Shown in pieces: positions 48,024 through 55,686 of a stretch of 64,000 nucleotides of DNA. Made by a program: the position numbers and the translations under genes. Origin of the DNA: Candidatus Heimdallarchaeota archaeon (GTDB lineage Archaea; Asgardarchaeota; Heimdallarchaeia; Heimdallarchaeales; Heimdallarchaeaceae); NCBI GenBank assembly GCA_030603365.1, contig JAUVXV010000001.1, positions 192,001 through 256,000 on the forward strand, written 5' to 3'. Position 1 is the first letter of the stretch. Each line of letters begins with the position of its first letter. Under the pieces are notes generated by a model. The model had not been told where the DNA came from. It did no database searches and worked only from the letters and a program-made list of their open reading frames with translations.

Positions 48024-49637
48024 TTACCATCCGATTGCTAATCCATCAGCTCGAGGACTAGAACCTCCACAAAGAACACCACTTTTTGGATTTCGCTTAA
48101 TAATTTGCCCTCTTCCAAAAATCATTCTTGAAGCACCTGATGTGGGAACTATTTCATGACCCATAGTGCTCAAAATGCTCATAGTAGCAACATCTATGCC
48201 TTCTTCAAGTGCTACTTTTCCACCACCAGTACCATCCCTAATGGTAAATCTTGGTGCATTAAGGGCTTCTTGGGGGTTCATATTAAAATCTACCATATTT
48301 ACAATGACCTGTGCATGTCCTTGAGGTTGATTAAATCCTCCCATGACTCCAAAACTTGCATACAATTCATTATCTTTAGTAGCCATTCCAGGGATAATTG
48401 TGTGATAGGGTCGTTTATTTGGTCCAAGAACATTAGGGTGTCCAGGCTCTAAAGTAAAGTTTGCTCCTCTATTTTGAAGAGTAAATCCGCATCCTTTAGG
48501 AATTAAACCTGTTCCAAAACCCATGTAATTAGAATTTATAAAGCTACATGCATTTCCTTCTCCATCAACAACGGAGAAGTAAACTGTATCCGAACTTGTA
48601 ACTGGAGAACCCTTTTGAACATCAATTGAAGCTTTTGTGAGATCGATAAGTTTTCTTCTCTCAGATGCATATTGCTTAGATATTAGCTCTTGTATAGGTA
48701 CATTCACGACAGCAGGATCAGCAACATACCAACGAGTATCTGCAAAGGCAATCCTCATAGCTTCAATCATAACATGAAGGTGTTCAGCTGATGAATGCTT
48801 CATACTTGCAATATCAAATTCTTCGATAATGTTTAGTGCAATCAAAGCGGCTATTCCTTGTCCATTAGGTGGAATTTCATGAACTTCAACACCTCTATAA
48901 TTGGTAGATATTGGTTCATCAAATGTACTCTTGTGGTTCTGCAAATCATCAAGAGACAAAACACCATCAAATGACTGTATCAACTCTACAATTGCTTCGG
49001 CAATCCTTCCTTTGTAAAAACCATCTTTACCATGTTCAGCAAGCTCTTTGAAAGTTTGTGCTAATGTAGGATTTTTCATTATCTCTCCTTCCTTAGGAGC
49101 ATTTCCATTAAGCAACATTTCTTCCCCGTAAGGACCACTTTTTAATATCGGTTCACTTCTTTTCCATGCTCTTGCCGTGAAGGGAGCAACTGGAAATCCC
49201 TCTTCAGCTAACTCTATAGCTGGAACAAGAACTTCTTTTAAAGACAATGTTCCTAGTTTATTTATAGTGTCTACCCATCCTGCAGCTGCACCAGGAACTG
49301 TAATGGTGTGGATGCTTCTAGGAGGAAGGAAACCAGTTATTCCTTGATTCGCAAGAAGCTCTAGATTTAGCTCTGAAGGAGCTCTTCCACTAGCATTTAG
49401 CCCACTAACTTTTTTTGACGAATTATCAAAATAAAGACAAAAACAATCTCCACCAATACCTGTAGAACAAGGTTCAGTAACATTCAAAGCAGCAGCTGTT
49501 GCAACAGCTGCATCAGCAGCATTTCCTCCCTTTTGAAGTATTCTCATACCTGCCTCGGAAGCTAAAGGTTGGCTAGATGCTACCATTCCTCTTCTGCCAT
49601 AAACTGGAGAACGAAAAGAATCAAAACGCAAACTCAT
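48024..49637 (-). CDS. ggt: Gamma-glutamyltransferase
   Basis: GGNAADAAVA, GIGGD, SD-T-VYF autoprocessing Thr, KRPYHTIIP, GVMGG-NQPQG. Confidence 0.95.
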   Translation of the reverse strand: MSLRFDSFRSPVYGRRGMVASSQPLASEAGMRILQKGGNAADAAVATAAALNVTEPCSTGIGGDCFCLYFDNSSKKVSGLNASGRAPSELNLELLANQGITGFLPPRSIHTITVPGAAAGWVDTINKLGTLSLKEVLVPAIELAEEGFPVAPFTARAWKRSEPILKSGPYGEEMLLNGNAPKEGEIMKNPTLAQTFKELAEHGKDGFYKGRIAEAIVELIQSFDGVLSLDDLQNHKSTFDEPISTNYRGVEVHEIPPNGQGIAALIALNIIEEFDIASMKHSSAEHLHVMIEAMRIAFADTRWYVADPAVVNVPIQELISKQYASERRKLIDLTKASIDVQKGSPVTSSDTVYFSVVDGEGNACSFINSNYMGFGTGLIPKGCGFTLQNRGANFTLEPGHPNVLGPNKRPYHTIIPGMATKDNELYASFGVMGGFNQPQGHAQVIVNMVDFNMNPQEALNAPRFTIRDGTGGGKVALEEGIDVATMSILSTMGHEIVPTSGASRMIFGRGQIIKRNPKSGVLCGGSSPRADGLAIGW

Positions 49638-49687
49638 GGTGAAAAAATAACTTAGCTTAAAATAAATCTAATGGTCAATCTATTTTA

Positions 49688-50485
49688 TCACTGTTGGAAG
49701 AACTCATTTAATATCTGGAAAAATTTGAGCCTATTCCAATCAAAGTTTTCTATTCCGTAATCTTCAAAGAAGTATTTGACCCATTCTTCACCATAATTGT
49801 AACCAATGCTCCATATTACAGCTGCTAAATCAAAATATCTATCATTTATCCCTCCCCAAGACCAATCAACGAAACCACTTAAGTTACCTTCTTTAATCAG
49901 AATATTGGGTAAACAATAATCTCCATGAGAGAAAACAAGATCATATTCATCTGGTTTTATTCTTGTAACTTCTTTTAGTAATTCCTCAGGACTTATATCA
50001 GACCATCTTGTGTCAAACTGACTAGTATCAATGTTACCTTTTTCCAATCTGTCCTTTGCCATTTGCATTAATTTGTCCGGTGAGTTGTCAATCGGACATG
50101 AAACAATAGGAACTGAATGTATTTTTCTCAAACCTTCAGCTAAAATTCTGATGTTTTTACGTTTTTCAGCATCAGATCCCACAAAATGAGAAACTTTTCC
50201 TTGTATTTCAGAAATCAAGAGAAATGCCATTTCATTCTTTTTCCCAAAATAAATGACTTCAGGAACCTCTAGTTTTTTTGATAACCATTCAAGAATAGTT
50301 TTCTCCTTTTCTAAATCGAAGATTGAATCAACTTTGTTGATCTTGAGATAAAAGGTCTGTTCAATATTAGACAATCTGAGAACTTTAGCTTTTGAACAAC
50401 CTATATTAATAACCTCAAAAGAAAACTCCATCAAAATTTTCTCGAGTTCTTCAGGAAGGTCTAATGACTTGATTTCTTTATCCAT
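49688..50485 (-). CDS. Aminoglycoside 3'-phosphotransferase family kinase (start probably ATG 50485)
   Basis: GCS-A-V, YLK, HGDYCLPNI, GFVDW, DRYFDLA, L-EFF; 265 aa from this start, typical of APH(3'). Confidence 0.85.
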   Translation of the reverse strand: MDKEIKSLDLPEELEKILMEFSFEVINIGCSKAKVLRLSNIEQTFYLKINKVDSIFDLEKEKTILEWLSKKLEVPEVIYFGKKNEMAFLLISEIQGKVSHFVGSDAEKRKNIRILAEGLRKIHSVPIVSCPIDNSPDKLMQMAKDRLEKGNIDTSQFDTRWSDISPEELLKEVTRIKPDEYDLVFSHGDYCLPNILIKEGNLSGFVDWSWGGINDRYFDLAAVIWSIGYNYGEEWVKYFFEDYGIENFDWNRLKFFQILNEFFQQ

Positions 50486-50859
50486 CAAAATCAAAGTATC
50501 TTTCATTTCTGCTTTTAAATTATTTTGGACTTGAACAAAATAGTCTAAATTTATACCATCGAGATGTTTGTGATTCTCATGATCTGCTTCAGTTACCACA
50601 TTTTTGGTATAAAAGAGAGAGAACTGATTGATTGATTTGGAGATGGCTTTAGAGAATATAAGAAAACTACTCCTGTAATAATTAATCAACCTAAGAATTT
50701 GGGAAATTTCTGAAGTTTTTGGTAGGAAGAGACTTTTAGTGCAAAAAAGTAAAAAATACTTTTTTTCTGATTTTTCTCTTTTTTGTAAATCTCTACTCTT
50801 CTAGTAAGGAGATACATCTAAGAAAATGGGTTACAATAAGGTAGGTCTGATAATTAATT

Positions 50860-51207
50860 CTAATTACAGAACTTGAGGATTTTTTCATAGATACGTAAAA
50901 CTATGTCTACTATCTGATTCCAATTATCTCTTGAAATACCATCATCTATAATCTCTAAAAGCTGATTTACTTCTCCTAGGATGTCTATATTACAGTATAT
51001 CTCCATTTCACCAATGAAAATTTGGAGCCTATTCCTTAATTTACAAGTATGGTGTATTAATCCTTCCTTCAGTTTTAGAATCTCACAGAATATTTCACTC
51101 ATTTGTTTTAATTTTACTTTAGTCATTAGAATTTGCAATGAATGTTCGAAATCAGAATCTTGTTTGCTTTTTCTAAGACTATTTGAGTCGATAATCAAAT
51201 ACACCAC
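50860..51207 (-). CDS. Hypothetical protein
   Basis: 115-aa GTG-started ORF divergent from TetR; no motif recognised. Confidence 0.45.
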   Translation of the reverse strand: MVYLIIDSNSLRKSKQDSDFEHSLQILMTKVKLKQMSEIFCEILKLKEGLIHHTCKLRNRLQIFIGEMEIYCNIDILGEVNQLLEIIDDGISRDNWNQIVDIVLRIYEKILKFCN

Positions 51208-51276
51208 TTAACTGAACGCCGTTTATTTATCATTCGTAAGGCACTTATAAATTTTATTAACTGAACATCGTTCATT
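51208..51276. promoter_or_regulatory. Two TetR-type operators flanking a TATA box
   Basis: TTAACTGAACGCCGTTTATT (51208-51227) and TTAACTGAACATCGTTCATT (51257-51276), TGAAC-N3-GTTCA dyad; TTATAAA between them. Confidence 0.7.
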
Positions 51277-51312
51277 AAAAAAACTTATTTAGGTGAAACA
51301 CAATTTACATCG

Positions 51313-51960
51313 ATGACTCAGACTAGAGCTAGATCAAAAGAAGCCAAAGAGCAACAAGTTCGAAATATAATAGATGAAGCTCGGAATTTATTCATAGAGG
51401 TGGGAACAAGAGGGTTTAGTATGAGGGCTTTGGCAAAAAGACTTAACATGTCACAAGGCAACCTATACAATTATTGGTCTAGTAAAAGAGAACTATGGTA
51501 CGCGATTCTTAAGAGAGATTTTGAAGACTTTGAAAATGAGATTAAAGGGATCATCACTTCCCACAAAGGAACTATTATTGAGATATTAGAAAGTTTAGCA
51601 GATTTTTATTTTGATTTTGCTGAATCAAATTATCGTCGATATCAAATGATGTTTGTTATCCCTCCTCCACCTGCAGAATCTTCTGGGTCAGTTGAGGATG
51701 AATTCGAACCTCAGTCAATAAATATGCTTTTACTAATTATTGAAAATGCGATTTTAGAAATGAACATTGAAAGCATTGATGCTAAGAAACTTTCGGTGTA
51801 CTTATGGACAGTAATTCATGGGACTGTATTGATAACAAATACAATCCTCTTTGATAAAAGATATGAAACAGCTGTTTTCGGGAGCAAGGAAGAATTTAGG
51901 GAATATGCTAAGAATCAATTAAAAAATCAATTAGTTACAGCTTTCATGAACACGACATGA
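51313..51960 (+). CDS. TetR/AcrR family transcriptional regulator
   Basis: RARS...II-EA--LF---G---FSMRALAKRLNMSQGNLYNYW-SK-EL; WTVIHG C-terminal motif. Confidence 0.93.
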   Translation: MTQTRARSKEAKEQQVRNIIDEARNLFIEVGTRGFSMRALAKRLNMSQGNLYNYWSSKRELWYAILKRDFEDFENEIKGIITSHKGTIIEILESLADFYFDFAESNYRRYQMMFVIPPPPAESSGSVEDEFEPQSINMLLLIIENAILEMNIESIDAKKLSVYLWTVIHGTVLITNTILFDKRYETAVFGSKEEFREYAKNQLKNQLVTAFMNTT

Positions 51961-51993
51961 TATTCTTCTGAAATTCAGAAGTCATTCTTTTTT

Positions 51994-52016
51994 TTCATTC
52001 TAATTATTGGAATGAA
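51994..52016. promoter_or_regulatory. 23-bp near-perfect palindrome TTCATTCTAATTATTGGAATGAA
   Basis: Read directly; lies just upstream of GATATATAAG TATA; same core as the 43682-43772 motifs (could also act as the TetR terminator). Confidence 0.6.
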
Positions 52017-52056
52017 TAGAATGATATATAAGTGTCTGACGTAGCGTAGAAAATCA

Positions 52057-52140
52057 GGTGTAGGAAGGAATATTGAAATTAGTCCGTCCAACGTCTTGCA
52101 AAAAGAATCTCAAGAAACCTTCCGCACCAATATTCCTTCT
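52057..52140. ncRNA. Candidate structured RNA with two mutually exclusive helices
   Basis: GGTGT-A-GGAAGG pairs CCTTCC-GCACC; alternatively GAAGGAATATTG pairs CAATATTCCTTC; inner TCTTG/CAAGA hairpin; TATA-like boxes on both sides. Confidence 0.45.
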
Positions 52141-52279
52141 CAAATAGAAATTTATTTGAATTTTTTAAGTGTTTGTGCGTTTTCTCAGTATTCTAACAAT
52201 ATTACATACTATTAATAAACAAATTTAATTCTGGTTATATGGTTACGTGAGCGTAGCTTTGAATTGAAAAGGTGATTCT

Positions 52280-52459
52280 ATGGAAGAAATAAAGAGAGAA
52301 GATTTACTTCGACAATTAAAAGAAAAAGCCGACCCTCAAGTCCTCATTAATGATGATGCAGTTGATTTTGTTCTATGGAAGTTAAATGAAATAAAACAAG
52401 AAATAGGGTTGCGATTAAAGAGCAGAGAGGAAAGAACTCCTCTGAAGGATAGTGCCTGA
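52280..52459 (+). CDS. 59-aa small protein, possible truncated histone fold (not in ORF track)
   Basis: MEEIKREDLLRQLKEKADPQVLINDDAVDFVLWKLNEIKQEIGLRLKSREERTPLKDSA; AGGTGA RBS and TTATAT box upstream. Confidence 0.7.
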   Translation: MEEIKREDLLRQLKEKADPQVLINDDAVDFVLWKLNEIKQEIGLRLKSREERTPLKDSA

Positions 52460-52499
52460 ACGATTCAAATCTTATAAATAAGTACTGTTTTTTGGGTTT

Positions 52500-53702
52500 A
52501 TGGATTCGTTACTAGAACCAATAGAATATATTTGTAAAACATTCGGTCCTCGAATTACTGGAACAGAAGCTGATCTGAAAGCTTGTGATTACATAGAGGA
52601 GAAATTTAAAACTTACACATCAAACGTAACAACAGAATCTTTCCCTGTTGTAGGTAGGGCTTTACAAAATCTTACTCTTTTTCTAGTCTGGGGATATTGT
52701 ATTTCAGTAATCTGTTATTTCTTTATTGCACCTTTAGCTACAATTCTTGCACTATTAATGCTTATTATCTATTATTTTGCAAGATTTAAAGATAAGAATC
52801 TGATTAATCTGATGGTAAAGAAGGATGAATCACGGAATATCATTGCTCAGTTTGATTCTACTGAGAAAAAGAAGACTACTTTAATTTTTTCTGGTCATCA
52901 TGATTCGGCTTTTCATATGCCATTATTTGAGAAGAAAGTGAAACAAATAGTCTTTATTCAGAACAGTGCAATTTTAGGAATTGTATTTTTAGTTATATCA
53001 AGCATCTGGAAAACAATCTACTTTATACCACAAATTAACCCACCACTGTTTTTATTCTCATATAATCTAGGTACGCTTACTGTCAGCTGGTTTGTTTTTC
53101 CTGATGTTTTGTTTATCCTAGCATTGATCGGTCTAGTTTTTGGTTTTTATTTCATGAAAAATATGGTGACAAATACACCTGTTATGGGAGCAAATGATAA
53201 TCTAACTTCGGTTAGTATGCTTTTCGCATTAGGTGAACATCTAAAGAAGAATCCCCCTAAAAACGTTGAAATTAGGCTAATTTCATTTGGGGCTGAAGAG
53301 CCAGGATTAGTTGGAAGTAAACTTTATGTTGATAAACGAGTTCAAGAGTTAGATGATACAATCAATATAAATTTTGAAACACTAGGACGAGGTAAATTAG
53401 GAATTATTCTGAAAGAGAAAGATAATAATGTAAACCATGATGAGAAACTAGTATTTCATCTTCAAGCAATTGGAAAAAAACATGGTTTTGATGTACCAGT
53501 AAAAACAATTCATTTTGGTAATACTGATGCTGGAAGTTTTTCAAAAAAGAAGATACCTGCAACTACTTTATATTGCTTTGGAGAGGGAGGTTTATTTGCT
53601 TTATGGCATTCAACAGAAGATGTTCCAGAGAATATAGATGAAAAATTAATGCAAAAAGCATTTGATCTAATAATAAAAATTATAGAAGAATATGATCAAT
53701 AA
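52500..53702 (+). CDS. Membrane-embedded M28 family metallopeptidase
   Basis: GPRITGT, GHHDS, GANDN, GAEE-GL-GS, TDA, WHS-ED; inserted TM helices. Confidence 0.88.
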   Translation: MDSLLEPIEYICKTFGPRITGTEADLKACDYIEEKFKTYTSNVTTESFPVVGRALQNLTLFLVWGYCISVICYFFIAPLATILALLMLIIYYFARFKDKNLINLMVKKDESRNIIAQFDSTEKKKTTLIFSGHHDSAFHMPLFEKKVKQIVFIQNSAILGIVFLVISSIWKTIYFIPQINPPLFLFSYNLGTLTVSWFVFPDVLFILALIGLVFGFYFMKNMVTNTPVMGANDNLTSVSMLFALGEHLKKNPPKNVEIRLISFGAEEPGLVGSKLYVDKRVQELDDTININFETLGRGKLGIILKEKDNNVNHDEKLVFHLQAIGKKHGFDVPVKTIHFGNTDAGSFSKKKIPATTLYCFGEGGLFALWHSTEDVPENIDEKLMQKAFDLIIKIIEEYDQ

Positions 53703-53717
53703 AGAATAAAGATCATA

Positions 53718-54785
53718 TTAGTTCTTCTTTTTTAACTTTAGTAACTCTTTTTCCTTTATTAGTTGAACAAGTTTCTTAATTGAGTATAGGAGTAATTCAA
53801 CAACTATGAATATGCCATAAATATATCCAAAAAGTGTGCCTAAAAGTTGACCAAGCACTCCACTAGAATACATACTTTCAAACATTTCACCGATTTTTAT
53901 TAGAGGAAAGAAAGCAATGTACGAAGGATTTAGTGGATGTTCAATAGGATAAGATGAAGAAATTCCTGTAAAAATAAATCCTGTCCTTCTGGCCTTTATT
54001 TCTGCAAAAATAGCTTCTTCTGTAAACTCTGTTGCATTTAGTGTTGTCCAACAGTATACCTCTTCAGGTGCGTGCATATCTGTTCCAGTAATCATTCCTA
54101 CTCCATTATCTAAGCAGAAATAGTAAGATTCATTGTCGTAAACATTTCCGTTAACAATCTCAATATAGTCAATACCCCAGTTGAATAGCTCCTGACGGGT
54201 TGGATGATTTGTTGTATAGTCTTGTGACCATGGAATATGATTAACTGTAACAACACCTCCCAAATCATGAGTTGCTTGAATAAAGTCCTGCATCTCCTCA
54301 TCAGTAGGAGTATAAGTATAGGTTTCAAAAGTGATTAACGTTTCATATTGAACTTGAGTAACATTCGGAGGAAGTATAATATTCATGTGAATTCTATCGG
54401 TGGTCCATTCAAGACCTACAAATACTTTGATAGTATCATTAAATTCTTCTCTAGCGATCTGTTTTATTTCTTCAACATTGTCAAAGGTATTATGGTCTGT
54501 CAAAACCATAGCATTGAAACCCATGGAAATATGCCATAGTAAATTCTGTCTAGGAGTCAGAAATCCATCAGATGCAAGAGTGTGAGAATGGGGGTCTAGA
54601 AGAATATTCCAATTCGAAACATTATATTCGGGAACATAACTAAAATCATCCCAATCTGTATCTGTATACTTATACTTTGGATGACCTTCAAAAGCAAAGG
54701 GTATAGAACTACCAATTAAAACCCAAGTTATAATATTTAAGACTACAAAATGTCTCAAATATACCATAGATGCTCCTTTTTTCAT
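53718..54785 (-). CDS. Membrane-anchored PHP-domain phosphoesterase
   Basis: DPHSHT-ASDG, LTDHN, GLEWT, NH, TGTDMH; N- and C-terminal TM. Confidence 0.88.
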   Translation of the reverse strand: MKKGASMVYLRHFVVLNIITWVLIGSSIPFAFEGHPKYKYTDTDWDDFSYVPEYNVSNWNILLDPHSHTLASDGFLTPRQNLLWHISMGFNAMVLTDHNTFDNVEEIKQIAREEFNDTIKVFVGLEWTTDRIHMNIILPPNVTQVQYETLITFETYTYTPTDEEMQDFIQATHDLGGVVTVNHIPWSQDYTTNHPTRQELFNWGIDYIEIVNGNVYDNESYYFCLDNGVGMITGTDMHAPEEVYCWTTLNATEFTEEAIFAEIKARRTGFIFTGISSSYPIEHPLNPSYIAFFPLIKIGEMFESMYSSGVLGQLLGTLFGYIYGIFIVVELLLYSIKKLVQLIKEKELLKLKKKN

Positions 54786-54898
54786 TAAAATCAGATTGGT
54801 TGTTGAAGGGGTTTGTAAAAAAGTTTTGGCTAAGTTAGGCGAAACAAAAACACTAGCAAATCTCTACTAGTATTTTGATTTAAGATTATAACTATGAT

Positions 54899-55303
54899 TT
54901 AAATTACTAAATCTGTGGATAGGTTGTTACAATAGATTGTCCAGTTACCAAAGAATAAGATAATCGAAATAGTAATGTTGAGATAAGTTACTATAGCTAA
55001 ACATACTTCATTTCTTGGACGATGAAAAGCATTGATGTTGATTTTTACTATATTTTCATTTTCCAACAACTTAATACTGTAATCTTTAAATGAAGAGCAA
55101 GAATTTGGGAAGAGTAAAGAGACATTTAGATTGCATTGAATATATATGTCAGGTTCACCAACAACTTCTACAGAGTCAATCACAATTGATGTAACAAGAG
55201 CAGGTTTAGTATATGGTGTGAGATAGAAAACAGGAAAGAAAATAGATGGAAAAACAACAATAAAAGCCATAAAACATATTAAAATTACTCTACTTTTACG
55301 CAT
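54899..55303 (-). CDS. Small membrane-anchored/secreted protein
   Basis: N-terminal TM; PNSC...C pattern. Confidence 0.6.
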   Translation of the reverse strand: MRKSRVILICFMAFIVVFPSIFFPVFYLTPYTKPALVTSIVIDSVEVVGEPDIYIQCNLNVSLLFPNSCSSFKDYSIKLLENENIVKININAFHRPRNEVCLAIVTYLNITISIILFFGNWTIYCNNLSTDLVI

Positions 55304-55395
55304 CAGACTATTTTATAGCATTTTGAGTTATAAATCTTCTTCTAAATAAACTACAAATTCATGCAAAACCATTTTGATGTAAGGTTAAAAGAAAG

Positions 55396-55537
55396 TGGTA
55401 GCGCCGACTAGACTTGAACTAGTGATCTTCGGGTTTCAGAGTCCAAAATCCACGAATTCTGAACTTATGAGCCCGACGGGTTTTCCATGCTTAGGGATTA
55501 TGAGGAAGATCATCCGCATAATTTACCCCACGGCGCT
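55396..55537 (-). tRNA. Initiator tRNA-Met(CAT) with two introns (D-loop 14/15, 55491-55523; anticodon loop 37/38, about 55435-55465), CCA encoded
   Basis: Acceptor AGCGCCG/CGGCGCT with A1:U72, D stem GGGT/ACCC, anticodon stem TCGGG/CCCGA with three G:C pairs, loop CTCATAA, T arm ACTAG-TTCAAGT-CTAGT, ACCA end; 78 nt after removing 33+31 nt. Confidence 0.92.
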
Positions 55538-55686
55538 AGTTCTATGCAAATTCTTTTTCTGCTAATCTTTTAAATCTTTGTTTAGCGTAGAACTATCCTT
55601 AAGATAAACATAAAATATATTATTTATTTCCAAGTCTGAATTATGTGAAATTTATAGATGTGCTTCAAATCTCATTAGTAGTAGAG

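Noticed and set aside
50486-50689. 68-aa N-terminal extension of the APH ORF
   Set aside because: No motif or RBS; a TATA-like AT stretch precedes ATG 50485 and the family length fits the shorter start
52057-52140. H/ACA guide RNA on the minus strand (stem followed by ACA)
   Set aside because: No clear K-turn, and the pocket-to-ACA spacing exceeds the usual 14-16 nt; kept only as a generic structured RNA
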